From positions 1 through 54,378 of the forward strand of contig CAYVCA010000001.1 in assembly GCA_964450025.1 (NCBI GenBank): a stretch of DNA of 54,378 nucleotides, given 5' to 3'. Below the pieces are notes generated by a model, which was not told the DNA's origin, did not search any database, and worked only from the letters and a program-made list of their open reading frames with translations. Shown here piece by piece: positions 29,485 to 39,922 of this stretch. The position numbers and the translations under genes are program-made. The stretch comes from an uncultured Candidatus Saccharibacteria bacterium (GTDB taxonomy: Bacteria; Patescibacteriota; Saccharimonadia; Saccharimonadales; Saccharimonadaceae). How positions within the stretch are numbered: position 1 is the stretch's first letter; every line of letters starts with the position of its first letter.

Positions 29485-31014
29485 ATGCAAGAGCTGGCTA
29501 ATGGATTAAGGGCGAGATATTGGTGGATTCTGCTACTGGCTACGGGGTTGTTGGTCGCCATCTTGGCATTGGTGATGTCTATCGGTCAGCCAATTTGGTT
29601 TGACGAGGGGTACTCGATTCTCCTCGCAAGACAGCCTATTGGCGAGTTGCTGTCCCTGACAGCTGTTGACGCGCATCCGCCACTATACTACTTACTACTA
29701 AAAGCATGGGCAGTCATGTTTGGTTTTAGCGAGCTGTCCCTTAGGTCGCTCAGTGCATTGCTGATGGGGTTGTCGGCTGTGGTGACCTTAATGTTGGTCC
29801 GTAGGCTGTTTGGTACACGGGTAGCGTTGCTAGTCGTCCCAATTATAATATTCGCTCCATTTGCGCTTAGGTACGGCTATGAGGTGCGTATGTATGCCCT
29901 CGCTTCTCTGATTGGCGCAACGGCCACCTATGTCCTGGTGAGGGCGCAGATTAGCAAGCTTAAGGCTTGGTGGTGGGCATATGCATTTTTAGTCGCTCTA
30001 GGCATGTATACCCTGTACATGACAGTAGTGGTATGGCTGGCTCACTTCGCGTGGCTGGCATGGGTTTACATTAAGGACAAAAAAGCTGAACCTGTCAGGA
30101 GGTGGCCATGGCTACATGCATTTGCTATTGCAGTGTTGCTATTTTTGCCATATATATCAACCTTTCTTCACCAGATGATGAACTCGGCACTGCCAGGGAT
30201 GGGGAGCGAAGTAACCTTAACAAAGGCAATCGATATGATTACAATGGTGCTTGTGTACACCCCAGAATGGGGAGTTGGCGGTTGGCTGTCATTATTGTTG
30301 GCTGGCGTAATGGCGACTATGGCACTTATCGCCACCAGGGTGGCTAAGAGCTTGCCGAAAAAGCAAAAGACATCGTTGATGTTAATGGTAAGTTTAGTAG
30401 TCGTTCCAGTCCTGTTTTTTGCTGCTACATCATTGCCCCCCAGGGAGCCCATGTATATCGTTCGCTACATCGCACATATAGCAATACTCTTTTACGCGCT
30501 ACTAGGTGCAATACTGGGGTTGTACTGGGTGCGTCTAAAGCCAAAACTACATCAAATGGTGGTTATATATGGGGCGATAATTGCCCTACTAATACTCGGC
30601 ACAACAAACCTGTTCAATACCGGCAATTTTAATTTTGAGCGGATGCAACGACCGCAAACACATTTGCTACGGAAAACTATTCAGTGCGGAGGCGATACCC
30701 TGATCGTTGCCGACGACCCATATACCTATATTGATAGCACTTTCTATTATGATGATTGCGATTTAAGATTTTTTGCACAAGACAACATTGCCCGTGCTGG
30801 TGGTTATGCTATCTTGCATAATTCAAACAAAAGAATTGCACATCCAAGCGAGGTAAAACAGGCCAAAGTGGTGCATCTGCACTGGACTGGTAGCGGAGCG
30901 CTTTTTGCACCCGACAGTCGCTATCGGCTGACCGACACAGTCGTGATGGATAAGCAGGTCGTGGATACATATGAACTAATAGCAAACAACAATACTGCTA
31001 GCGAGAGACCTTGA
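29485..31014 (+). CDS. GT-C fold membrane glycosyltransferase (GT39/PMT-like)
   Basis: WFDEGYS, DAHPPLYYLLL, EVRMYAL; many TMs. Confidence 0.85.
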   Translation: MQELANGLRARYWWILLLATGLLVAILALVMSIGQPIWFDEGYSILLARQPIGELLSLTAVDAHPPLYYLLLKAWAVMFGFSELSLRSLSALLMGLSAVVTLMLVRRLFGTRVALLVVPIIIFAPFALRYGYEVRMYALASLIGATATYVLVRAQISKLKAWWWAYAFLVALGMYTLYMTVVVWLAHFAWLAWVYIKDKKAEPVRRWPWLHAFAIAVLLFLPYISTFLHQMMNSALPGMGSEVTLTKAIDMITMVLVYTPEWGVGGWLSLLLAGVMATMALIATRVAKSLPKKQKTSLMLMVSLVVVPVLFFAATSLPPREPMYIVRYIAHIAILFYALLGAILGLYWVRLKPKLHQMVVIYGAIIALLILGTTNLFNTGNFNFERMQRPQTHLLRKTIQCGGDTLIVADDPYTYIDSTFYYDDCDLRFFAQDNIARAGGYAILHNSNKRIAHPSEVKQAKVVHLHWTGSGALFAPDSRYRLTDTVVMDKQVVDTYELIANNNTASERP

Positions 31015-31717
31015 GGGTCGCATCGCGGGCTAGCTCAACCAGTTTTTTATCGGGCAAATCGCTAACCAGCTGAGCCAAGGGTTGGCTTATTGCTTGTCCA
31101 ATCAGCCAATCAGCAATCTTCGGGTTTTTCGGGAGCAGAGGCCCGTGGATATAGCTACCAATAACATTACGATAACGAGCGCCTTCATGCTTGTCTTTGG
31201 TATTGTTGCCCACCCCAAGCCTCACCTTAGCCATAGGCTTGGCGTTTACACCCAGGAATGTTTGACCGCTGTGGTTTTCATATCCGACAATATCCCCAAA
31301 CTCATCAGAACTCGTTATTATATTCCCAGCAATCCTTTCGTCTTGCCCAAAGGTTTCCATGTCCAATAGGCCAATTCCCTGGAGGCGACTGCCCTCGCTG
31401 GTCTCAAAAAAATGCCCGAATAACTGATATAAGCCGCAGATAACGAGCATCGGAGTGCCGTTATCGGCCAGCTGCCTGAGTTCGGGTCCGATTTTTAATA
31501 AATCACCCTGGATTTTTTGTTGTCCGCTATCCTGGCCACCACCACCGATTACGATATTGATGTCTTTAGGCAACTTATCGCCGATGTTGTAATCAATAAC
31601 CACCGGATCGTAGCCACACCACTCAAGCCGCTTTTTGAGCACCAGGACATTTCCCTGATCGCCGTACATATTCATGTCTTTGGGATATAGGTGCAGGATT
31701 TTTATCTGACGACTCAT
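30998..31717 (-). CDS. gatD: GatD glutamine amidotransferase (CobB/CobQ-like)
   Basis: YGDQGN, GGGQD, ICGLYQLFG, GYENHSG, HGPLLPKNP. Confidence 0.92.
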   Translation of the reverse strand: MSRQIKILHLYPKDMNMYGDQGNVLVLKKRLEWCGYDPVVIDYNIGDKLPKDINIVIGGGGQDSGQQKIQGDLLKIGPELRQLADNGTPMLVICGLYQLFGHFFETSEGSRLQGIGLLDMETFGQDERIAGNIITSSDEFGDIVGYENHSGQTFLGVNAKPMAKVRLGVGNNTKDKHEGARYRNVIGSYIHGPLLPKNPKIADWLIGQAISQPLAQLVSDLPDKKLVELARDATLKVSR

Positions 31718-32991
31718 GACTTAAGCCCTTTCTCTTGGGTATAGTCCGATAGTTCTTTGTGAATAGCCAACATGGCGGTATAGGTGCAGTAAATGCGCTT
31801 TGGAGTGCCAGGGTGTGAGCTGATAAATTCAGTCAAGCTAGCTATTACATCTGGCGCCACATGCTGGTAGGGGATATCGTCATATAATAGTCGCAGGGCC
31901 ATATCGTAGGCGCGAGATCCGGCTATATGCGACACGCCAGATTTGCGCAAGCTCTCAAATGAGACATCCCATAACCAGCTCACATCTCGTCCATCGGCAT
32001 ACTTGTCGTTAATTGCAAGCATGGTTGCATGATTTGGTGATGAAAAGGAGGTTAGAGCTTGCTGAAAGCCGCTAGGGTTCTTAACGAGAATGATATCCAA
32101 TGGTTGACCGCCAACAGAAATCGTTTCACCCCTTCCGAAAGCGGGTGCAATGCCAGAAAGGGTAGATATCAACGACTGGGTATTGGTTTTTTTGCCAAGT
32201 ACTTGTCGTACTGTCGCTAATGCCGCCGCGGCATTTAGAAGATTATAGGCACCACTAATTGCCACCTCCGTGCTATGCAGTACTCCATCAATCGTAAAAG
32301 AGGCAATCCCGTCTGATGTTTTCGTCAACTCAACGTCTACCGCCGTGCTCGTAGGCTTGGCTTTGTCGCCATAAAGCTCGTCATCGCTTGGGAAATTTAG
32401 TTTGAGCTCGTCTGACACTCCAAAATATTGCACCGACACAGTGCTACCTAGTTGTTTGGCAATTTCTCGTACTCGCCAGTCTTCACGATTGAGAGTTACG
32501 CTCACTGTGGTGGCGACAGCGATAGACTTTAATAGCTGTGCGGTGTAGTCAATCTCTCCAAATCTGTCCAGTTGGTCGCGCATAACATTCAGCAGCAGAC
32601 AGTGTGCTGGTGGTACTTTTTGGATAAAACGAATAGCATGCGCCTCATCCAGCTCCAGAATTGCGATGTCCGCATCAAGCTTGCCCGATAACGACACTTT
32701 ACGCAGCAGAGCCGCAATTACCCCGCGAACAAAATTACTACCAGTACTGTTCGTGAACACTTTTAGGCCCTGACCTTCCAGCAGTTCAGCCACGATCTTT
32801 GTGGTCGTAGTTTTACCATTAGTGCCGCTAACTATCACGACTCCTAGTGGCAATTGGTCTAATGTTCGTGTAATAAATCTAGGGTCAGTTTTCTCAACAA
32901 TCAACCCAGGTAGCGCAGAGCCGCCACCGCGGAGGCTGGCTATTTGTTGTACGAATTTTCCTAAAGCAGGGCTGAGATATTGACGAACCAT
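31714..32991 (-). CDS. murT: MurT lipid II isoglutaminyl synthase subunit
   Basis: GSALPG, GTNGKTTT, RDQLDRFGE, LVKNP, DGRDVSWLWD. Confidence 0.92.
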   Translation of the reverse strand: MVRQYLSPALGKFVQQIASLRGGGSALPGLIVEKTDPRFITRTLDQLPLGVVIVSGTNGKTTTTKIVAELLEGQGLKVFTNSTGSNFVRGVIAALLRKVSLSGKLDADIAILELDEAHAIRFIQKVPPAHCLLLNVMRDQLDRFGEIDYTAQLLKSIAVATTVSVTLNREDWRVREIAKQLGSTVSVQYFGVSDELKLNFPSDDELYGDKAKPTSTAVDVELTKTSDGIASFTIDGVLHSTEVAISGAYNLLNAAAALATVRQVLGKKTNTQSLISTLSGIAPAFGRGETISVGGQPLDIILVKNPSGFQQALTSFSSPNHATMLAINDKYADGRDVSWLWDVSFESLRKSGVSHIAGSRAYDMALRLLYDDIPYQHVAPDVIASLTEFISSHPGTPKRIYCTYTAMLAIHKELSDYTQEKGLKS

Positions 32992-33029
32992 CTGTTTATT
33001 TATAATACCATTTGGGGTACAATATAGCC

Positions 33030-33410
33030 ATGTTCTTGGTGGGAATTTTTCAGTGGTGGTATGGTAGCGGCTGGCTACGGCATATAAAAAGGTCTTATAT
33101 CGGCGTACTGCGAACAATAGATTTCTTTTCAATTACACTCCTGCTCAAGACACTATTCAATCCTTTTAAGCAAATCTCTGCGAGTGACACTGGTAACAAC
33201 TTGCCAGCTCAGTTTCAGGCCTTCTTGGATCGGTCATTCTCAAGGATGGTGGGCGCAACAATTCGCACCATCACAATAGCCATCGCGGTAGTTGTGATTG
33301 GGCTAAGGTCACTGTGGATGCTTTGTAGTATCGTCATTTGGTCGGTCCTGCCCTTTTTACCGATTTTAGGTGCTGTCATGTGGCTAGGTGGAGTGATGCC
33401 ATGGAAATAG
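33030..33410 (+). CDS. hypothetical membrane protein upstream of the Clp-like ATPase
   Basis: WWY..FFS...LLKTLFNPFKQ; C-terminal TMs; overlaps the next gene. Confidence 0.75.
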   Translation: MFLVGIFQWWYGSGWLRHIKRSYIGVLRTIDFFSITLLLKTLFNPFKQISASDTGNNLPAQFQAFLDRSFSRMVGATIRTITIAIAVVVIGLRSLWMLCSIVIWSVLPFLPILGAVMWLGGVMPWK

Positions 33411-35812
33411 CGCCAGAAATAAACTACCACAGCCTTCGCTCCCAAAAGGCCAGGTTTACAAAGAGATTTGGAAAGGCCTGGATGTTTATTGTCTATCTAT
33501 TAATACCCTTGCCAATACTCTTGGGAGCTGTTTTGCTAATCGAGGGTAATAGTTTTGGCTGGTTTATTGTGAGCTTGTCAGCACCAGTCGGAATGCTAGC
33601 CATTTGGTGGAAGGGCGACCTGCGTACCATGGCGATTAATCAGCCCGCAAAAACTATGGATGACATCCTGTCAGCAGATATACTGGGTAGGCTACCAAGA
33701 AATCCCACACCCCGCCAGATAGCTGAAAAGGTTGGCGAGACGCGAGCCGGTCAGTTTATGGCCGTGCGTCTGGGGCTAACACCAAATTTTATAAATAACA
33801 TTGCCAGTGAAGACCCCGTCGCCACCACCCCTTTGTGGCAGTCTGCCCTGGATATTTGGCAGAGGAGTGGTAGCCCGAAAATCACTGGAGCAGTCATGGC
33901 GGCGGCGCTGGTCGAGCAGTTCCCTGAGCACGAGGGTTTATTGGCAAGCCTTCGTATTGACATGGCCGATGTCGAAAGAGGTATTCGCTGGTATGAGCGG
34001 ATTAAATTGATGGTTGAGCAATTTGGTGAAAAGTCGCTAAACACAGGGGGGATAGCGAGAGACTGGTCGTTTGGTTGGACGCCATTGCTAGCTCGTTTTG
34101 CTCAAAATCTGTCCATGCAGGTAAGTGGTGGGACAATTATGACCAAGACTGATATCCACAGCACCTCTCTTGATCGCTTGATGGGTGTTTTTGGTTCTGA
34201 TGGAAGGCAGAATATTGCATTAGTTGGTCCGGACGGCTCAGGCAAATCAACGATCGTGGCGGCATTTGCTGAAATGTTAATTGATGGGCATCAAAATGTA
34301 CCCAAAAAACTACTTTACCAACAGATCTATACGCTTGACGCCTCTTCACTAATCAGCCAGGCTGGAGGTCGCGGGGAGCTAGAAGGGCTAGTTACACACA
34401 TCTTAAACGAAGCCTACTTGGCAAAGAATATTATCCTTTGCCTGGACAATGCCCAGCTGTTTTTTGAGGAGGGCGTAGGTTCGGTTGACCTTTCTAATGT
34501 CTTACTGCCAATCTTAGAGGCTGGTAGGCTACGGATAATCTTAACCATGGATGAGCAGCGATTTTTGCAAATATCTCAGCGAAACTCTGCACTTGCACAT
34601 GCACTTAATACCCTGAATATCCCCACTATGACCGAGCTTGATATATTTGACATCATGCGTGACCAGCTTATTGGCCTGGAGTACCGACACAAGGTTACCT
34701 ATATGTACCAAGCTATTACGGAGGCTTATCGCATAGCTGATAGGTATGTGCAAGACCTAGCCATGCCTGGCAAGGCGCTGAAGATATTAGAAGCATCGGC
34801 ACAATGCGCGCAAGAAGGATTGGTTACGCAGCAATCAGTTTATGAAGCAGCGGAGCAGGCAATGGGCATTAAGATTGCCGCTCCTGATACGCAGGAAGAA
34901 AAAGATAAGCTCTTAAATCTTGAAAGCTTAATTCATGAGCGCATGATTAACCAGACGCGGGCGGTTTCTGTGGTGAGTGATGCTATTCGTCGAGCTCGTG
35001 CTGGTGTGAGGAATCAGAATCGACCCATTGGCACTTTCTTGTTTCTTGGGCCAACCGGGGTGGGCAAGACTGAGCTAGCCAAGGCCCTGGCGGATGTGTA
35101 TTTTAGTGGCGAGGATAACATTATCCGTCTTGACCTGAATGAGTTTGCTAGGGTTGAGGATGTCGCAAGGATTATCGCTGATGGTGCAGATGACCCTTTA
35201 AGCCTGACCGCGCAGGTGTCCAAGCGGCCATTTAGCGTAGTTCTTTTGGACGAAATTGAGAAAGCCCACCCTCAGGTCTTGACAACATTGCTTCAGCTTT
35301 TAGACGAGGGGATCTTGCGAGATGAAAGAAACCGTGAAATCAGCTTTAGAGATGCAATTGTTATCGCTACAACAAACGCAGGCGCGGAGCGGATTAATGA
35401 ATATATTAACCGGGGATATCAGCTGGAGCAGTTTGAGGACCAGTTTGTTAGCGAGCTGATCAACACAAACATATTCCGCCCAGAGTTTCTGAATCGTTTT
35501 GATGAAATGGTTGTGTTTCGTCCACTTGGCAAGGAGGAGTTGCTACAGGTACTGGATCTGATTATCAAGGGCGTAAACGAGACGCTAGCACCACAAAAAA
35601 TCCAGGTCGCGGTTGAGCCGGAGGGTAGGCTATTGTTGGTGGATGCTGGGTACGACCCTAGGTTGGGGGCTAGGCCGATGCGACGGGTTGTCCAAAGGGC
35701 TGTTGAGAACACTATTGCCAAACAATTGCTCGCTGGCACAGTAGCACCCGGTTCAACCACCATTATCACAGCAGAGCAAGTTCGGGCAAGTGTTGGGGAC
35801 GGCTCGAATTAG
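33401..35812 (+). CDS. membrane-anchored ClpA/B-family AAA+ ATPase
   Basis: two N-terminal TMs; NBD1 GPDGSGKST; NBD2 GPTGVGKTE, LLDEIEKAH, FRPEFLNRFD, GARP. Confidence 0.88.
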   Translation: MEIAPEINYHSLRSQKARFTKRFGKAWMFIVYLLIPLPILLGAVLLIEGNSFGWFIVSLSAPVGMLAIWWKGDLRTMAINQPAKTMDDILSADILGRLPRNPTPRQIAEKVGETRAGQFMAVRLGLTPNFINNIASEDPVATTPLWQSALDIWQRSGSPKITGAVMAAALVEQFPEHEGLLASLRIDMADVERGIRWYERIKLMVEQFGEKSLNTGGIARDWSFGWTPLLARFAQNLSMQVSGGTIMTKTDIHSTSLDRLMGVFGSDGRQNIALVGPDGSGKSTIVAAFAEMLIDGHQNVPKKLLYQQIYTLDASSLISQAGGRGELEGLVTHILNEAYLAKNIILCLDNAQLFFEEGVGSVDLSNVLLPILEAGRLRIILTMDEQRFLQISQRNSALAHALNTLNIPTMTELDIFDIMRDQLIGLEYRHKVTYMYQAITEAYRIADRYVQDLAMPGKALKILEASAQCAQEGLVTQQSVYEAAEQAMGIKIAAPDTQEEKDKLLNLESLIHERMINQTRAVSVVSDAIRRARAGVRNQNRPIGTFLFLGPTGVGKTELAKALADVYFSGEDNIIRLDLNEFARVEDVARIIADGADDPLSLTAQVSKRPFSVVLLDEIEKAHPQVLTTLLQLLDEGILRDERNREISFRDAIVIATTNAGAERINEYINRGYQLEQFEDQFVSELINTNIFRPEFLNRFDEMVVFRPLGKEELLQVLDLIIKGVNETLAPQKIQVAVEPEGRLLLVDAGYDPRLGARPMRRVVQRAVENTIAKQLLAGTVAPGSTTIITAEQVRASVGDGSN

Positions 35813-35868
35813 GTAGTGATGATGTCAAAATAACCAACAAGACCAGCTATGCGCTGGCCTATTGAGCT

Positions 35869-35945
35869 TGGTACACCCGGAAGGATTCGAACCTACGACC
35901 CTCTGTTCCGAAGACAGATGCTCTAATCCACTGAGCTACGGGTGC
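35869..35945 (-). tRNA. tRNA-Arg(TCG)
   Basis: TCTGT-CTTCGGA-ACAGA anticodon arm, GTTCGAAT, CCA. Confidence 0.95.
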
Positions 35946-36023
35946 ATACTGCAATAAACTATAGCACATCCTGAGCGGATTGGGAATCCAGGAACAGTTT
36001 ACGAGTGTGATATAGTAATACCC

Positions 36024-37046
36024 ATGGATGTTCATACAGCCATTTCATTAGCAGGCTATACGACCATGCGCCTGGGTGGTAGCGCCAGGTTTATGATTCC
36101 CGTAACGACAGCAGATGAGATTGGCACGGTTTACCGCAATGCTAAAGAGCAGAGTCTACCGGTGTTTGTGCTAGGTGGCGGCAGTAATGTTATCGCTCAC
36201 GATGAGGGGTTTGACGGGATAGTTTTGCTAAATCGCATTAAAGGATTTGAGATTATCTCAGACGACAAGTCCGCCGTAACTATAAAAATTGGCGCTGGAG
36301 AGGTGTGGGATGAGGTGGTTGCAAAGACTGTCGACATGGGCTTGAGTGGCGTTGAGGCGCTATCAAGCATTCCAGGAACAGCAGGGGCTGCACCAGTTCA
36401 GAATATCGGCGCTTACGGACAGGAGTTGTCTGATGTCCTGGTTGAGCTTGAGGCCTACGATAGCCATACTGAGGCGGTGACGGTAATGCCTGCAGCCGAA
36501 TGTGGCTTGTCATATAGACACAGCGTATTTCGTGGCGATGAGACGGGGAGGTATTGCATCATAAGCATCACTATTAAGCTATATTATGCTGCGCCGCAAC
36601 CGCCTTTTTATGCAGCGCTCCAGAAGTACCTTGATGAGCATAAGATTACGGTCTTTACGCCAAAATTCATCCGCGATGCAGTGATAGCTATTCGTGAAGA
36701 AAAACTACCCAACCCCAGCGAGCGACCCAACGCAGGTTCTTTCTTTAAGAATCCAATCATTGAAGATTGGCAGTTCTCAAGAATAAAGGAGCAGTTTCCT
36801 GAGATACCTAGTTATGGCATGCCTGACGGCGAGCACAAGGTGTCAGCTGGCTGGCTGATCGAACAGGTGGGCCTCAAGGGGCAGTTACTACACGGGATGC
36901 GTATACATGACAAAAATGCTCTAGTTTTAGTGAATGAATCAGCGACTAGTTGCGCCGATCTTGCGGCAGCTCGAGCTGATATTATCCAAAAGGTATACGA
37001 CATGTTCCAGATTCAGCTGGAACAGGAGCCTCTAGAGCTTACATAA
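36024..37046 (+). CDS. murB: UDP-N-acetylenolpyruvoylglucosamine reductase
   Basis: LGGGSN, IPGTAGAAPVQNIGAYG, GSFFKNP, LEQEP. Confidence 0.95.
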   Translation: MDVHTAISLAGYTTMRLGGSARFMIPVTTADEIGTVYRNAKEQSLPVFVLGGGSNVIAHDEGFDGIVLLNRIKGFEIISDDKSAVTIKIGAGEVWDEVVAKTVDMGLSGVEALSSIPGTAGAAPVQNIGAYGQELSDVLVELEAYDSHTEAVTVMPAAECGLSYRHSVFRGDETGRYCIISITIKLYYAAPQPPFYAALQKYLDEHKITVFTPKFIRDAVIAIREEKLPNPSERPNAGSFFKNPIIEDWQFSRIKEQFPEIPSYGMPDGEHKVSAGWLIEQVGLKGQLLHGMRIHDKNALVLVNESATSCADLAAARADIIQKVYDMFQIQLEQEPLELT

Positions 37047-37085
37047 AACTTGCAATAATAGACCGCAGAGGGTTATTATAGCAGT

Positions 37086-37691
37086 ATGCTTAAGCAGAAT
37101 GGATTTACGATAGTTGAGATGATCGTAGTTACGGTGGTGCTCGTTTCGCTACTTACAGTTAGTGTCGTGGGCATTAGAGGCATGCAGGCAAGTGCTCGTG
37201 ACAAAGAGCGAACCGCAGACATTGATACCCTGGCGATGAATATCGAGACCATGCATTCGCAAGAGATTAGAGATTCGAGCAACAACCTAATTAAACCACA
37301 GGGGAGCTATCCTCCCGTGGCTGGGACTATTTCATCTGGATTTAGCATCCCTAATGAGGTAGTTAACGAACTGGAGGAGGATGCCCTCAGGGCGCCGGGT
37401 CAGAGTTCCCAGAGCTTACGCAGTATTACTCATGCGGTCTGTGGTGCTGGATCAACCTCATCACCACAAGTCTGCAAGATCAATAATACCGTACTGAATT
37501 CGCAACTAACTGATGCTGCTATTGGAATCAATAGCTATATATACGTACCCATCACTCGTTTTGATGACTCAAGGTTGTGTACAGTTGCGCTAATCCAGAG
37601 CGGTGCAATTGACGGCTGTCGGTCATTTAAGCTGTATCATGTCAAGGAGAGCGGGTCGTCAGTGGTAATGACCGAGGGAAAGCGCAGATGA
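37086..37691 (+). CDS. prepilin-type (minor pilin) protein
   Basis: NG|FTIVEMIVV. Confidence 0.85.
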   Translation: MLKQNGFTIVEMIVVTVVLVSLLTVSVVGIRGMQASARDKERTADIDTLAMNIETMHSQEIRDSSNNLIKPQGSYPPVAGTISSGFSIPNEVVNELEEDALRAPGQSSQSLRSITHAVCGAGSTSSPQVCKINNTVLNSQLTDAAIGINSYIYVPITRFDDSRLCTVALIQSGAIDGCRSFKLYHVKESGSSVVMTEGKRR

Positions 37692-38083
37692 GAGTACAGC
37701 AGGGAATCACAACAACAGAGTTGATCGTCACGCTGTTTATTGGAGCTCTATTTATCTTGAGCGGCTATCAACTATATAACGCAGTCAATCTGCAGGCCGG
37801 TAATGCCCGAGAGATGGCTGAAGTTAGTAGCGTTGCATATCGGATATTACGGATGGATCGCCCTCCGTTTGACCCGGTGATAACTGAATCATGCACCAGT
37901 CCTCGTCAATCAACGGTCAATATCGAACAGATGAGTGAGATTAAGGCGTTGAGTCCTGTCGGCAGGATTTACCGATGTAAGCCTGTAACAGGCAGTGATA
38001 CTGTACGGGTAACGGTTGAAATAGCCTATGGTAGCGATTCACCAAAAAGAAAGGTCACGCATGCGATATTCGTCGCGCCATAA
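37688..38083 (+). CDS. prepilin-type (minor pilin) protein
   Basis: QG|ITTTELIVT. Confidence 0.75.
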   Translation: MRVQQGITTTELIVTLFIGALFILSGYQLYNAVNLQAGNAREMAEVSSVAYRILRMDRPPFDPVITESCTSPRQSTVNIEQMSEIKALSPVGRIYRCKPVTGSDTVRVTVEIAYGSDSPKRKVTHAIFVAP

Positions 38084-38690
38084 ACCAGGATTCACCCTGG
38101 TAGAGGTAGCCATAATCATGCCGCTAATCATTTTGTTAATAGGCACCATCATCGCCTCTGTGCTCTACCTTGCCAATATATCTCTCAGGTCTCAGGGTCG
38201 TTCAAAAGTTCGAATAGATGTCTTGACAACTCTTGACATGATCGAACAAGACATAAAAAACAGCAAATCAATTGACAGCGCCACCGATGGCAGCACAACC
38301 AACCTTGTCTTAACTGCCTTTGCAACAGACAGGAACCCGCTTAATCCATCGAGGAGTTTGATCAGGGCGAGCGATTGTAGTGTAGCTACTGGTGGAATTT
38401 CGCCTCTCGAGGCGGCAACCTACCAAGTCCGTTACCAAAAACAGGATGACACCCTAACTAGAGAGGTGATCATGGGCGCCTGTGCCGCCAGTTCCACTGT
38501 CTGGCAGAAAAATGGAACTGAAGTGCTCATTAAAAATGCTGACCCGCTTGCGATGACCGTGACTTACCCAGCCTCCTCAACGGCAAACCCTAGCGTCGCT
38601 CTGGCCTCGCTATCTGTAGGCCGAAAGATTGGTGGGCGCACAGTAGAATACACTGCTAGCATGTATGCCCAGTCTGCAAACATTAAATAA
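38061..38690 (+). CDS. prepilin-type (minor pilin, PilW-like) protein
   Basis: PG|FTLVEVAII; IEQDIK. Confidence 0.8.
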   Translation: MRYSSRHKPGFTLVEVAIIMPLIILLIGTIIASVLYLANISLRSQGRSKVRIDVLTTLDMIEQDIKNSKSIDSATDGSTTNLVLTAFATDRNPLNPSRSLIRASDCSVATGGISPLEAATYQVRYQKQDDTLTREVIMGACAASSTVWQKNGTEVLIKNADPLAMTVTYPASSTANPSVALASLSVGRKIGGRTVEYTASMYAQSANIK

Positions 38691-38695
38691 AAAAC

Positions 38696-38724
38696 TTGCA
38701 CCAGTCGCATCTACTTGCTATAAT
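38696..38724 (+). promoter_or_regulatory. sigma70 promoter of major pilin 1
   Basis: TTGCAC-17 nt-TATAAT with an extended TG; AGGAGG Shine-Dalgarno downstream. Confidence 0.7.
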
Positions 38725-38767
38725 CATCACTGTATTAACATAACCAATATCAGGAGGAAGATCAGAA

Positions 38768-39241
38768 ATGATTTCTCAAAGTAAACAAAGAGGCTTTACA
38801 ATCGTTGAGCTACTTATCGTCATTGTCGTAATTGGCATTCTGGCAGCCATATCAATCGCTGCATACACCAGCATTACTGCAAGGGCAAATAACGCAAATG
38901 CGCAGGCTGCAGCCAAGTCCGTGAAAGATGTCGCCCAGAATTTTAACGGACTACATGGTCGATTTCCGACCTGTAAGGCTGAGTTCACTTCTGGTGCTGG
39001 ATCAACCTCCTGTGGTGGTGCAACCACTGATGGGGTCGTAGCTAAGATGCCATCTGACATAACTTTCGCCGCAGCCTCAGCTGTAACAAGTACTACTGAT
39101 GCAAAAACGGTTGCAGTTCAGCCACACGGCTCGCCAATCTCCGGCTTCACTATTACCTACAGGGACTTCTCTGGAACTGTTAAGACCATGACAGTAGGCG
39201 AGACTCCAGGTGACGCTGGTACAGCTCTAGCCAATTCATAG
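38768..39241 (+). CDS. type IV major pilin, copy 1
   Basis: RG|FTIVELLIVIVVIGILAAI; strong SD and promoter. Confidence 0.92.
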   Translation: MISQSKQRGFTIVELLIVIVVIGILAAISIAAYTSITARANNANAQAAAKSVKDVAQNFNGLHGRFPTCKAEFTSGAGSTSCGGATTDGVVAKMPSDITFAAASAVTSTTDAKTVAVQPHGSPISGFTITYRDFSGTVKTMTVGETPGDAGTALANS

Positions 39242-39267
39242 AACAGGGAACTTACTTAGTGAGATAC

Positions 39268-39307
39268 ATGCTACAAAGAGGCTCTAAATAGAGCGTCTTT
39301 GTAGCAT
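39268..39307. other. long intergenic hairpin between the two pilins
   Basis: atgctacaaagaggctcta / tagagcgtctttgtagcat; no U-tract. Confidence 0.65.
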
Positions 39308-39420
39308 ACGGAATAGCAAGCTCGACCTTGCATCTAAGCCTTGACAGCGGTCGTCTGTAGTTGTTTGTTCTACGCTTCGATTATTAACCAACATAACCAA
39401 TATCAGGAGGAAGATCAGAA

Positions 39421-39891
39421 ATGATTTCTCAAAGCAAACAAAGAGGCTTTACAATCGTTGAGCTACTTATCGTCATTGTCGTAATTGGCATTCTGGCAGC
39501 CATATCAATCGCTGCATACACCAGCATTACTGCAAGGGCAAAAACTGCTACGGCACAAGCAAGTGCTAAGGCGGTTAAGGATGTCGCCATGACTTTTAAC
39601 GGCTCCCATGGTCGATTTCCGGTTTGCAAGGCAGAGTTTACTTCTGGTGTAGGAGTGACGACATCACCTTGCAGCGGATCCTCTACTACTGACCCTGCTG
39701 TAGCCAAGCTGCCTTCAGATATTATATTCGCATCGTCAGTCTCTGCCTCGTCTACCCCGAAGACGGTGCGGGTTGAGCCCCACGGCACAACAGGATTTAC
39801 TATTACCTACTGGAACTTCACCGACAAAGCCGCCAAGTCGATTAACACAGGTGACTTGGTTGGCGAAGCTGGTACTGCATTGTCAGATTAA
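39421..39891 (+). CDS. type IV major pilin, copy 2
   Basis: N-terminus identical to copy 1; divergent globular domain. Confidence 0.92.
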   Translation: MISQSKQRGFTIVELLIVIVVIGILAAISIAAYTSITARAKTATAQASAKAVKDVAMTFNGSHGRFPVCKAEFTSGVGVTTSPCSGSSTTDPAVAKLPSDIIFASSVSASSTPKTVRVEPHGTTGFTITYWNFTDKAAKSINTGDLVGEAGTALSD

Positions 39892-39922
39892 CACTTGCCT
39901 CATGATATCCTAGGCAAAAAGC

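Larger units (their letters stand above)
38737..39542 (+). repeat. 153-bp near-identical direct repeat (38737-38889 and 39390-39542)
   Basis: covers the 5' UTR, SD and first ~40 codons of both pilins; one mismatch (38782 T vs 39435 C). Confidence 0.92.
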
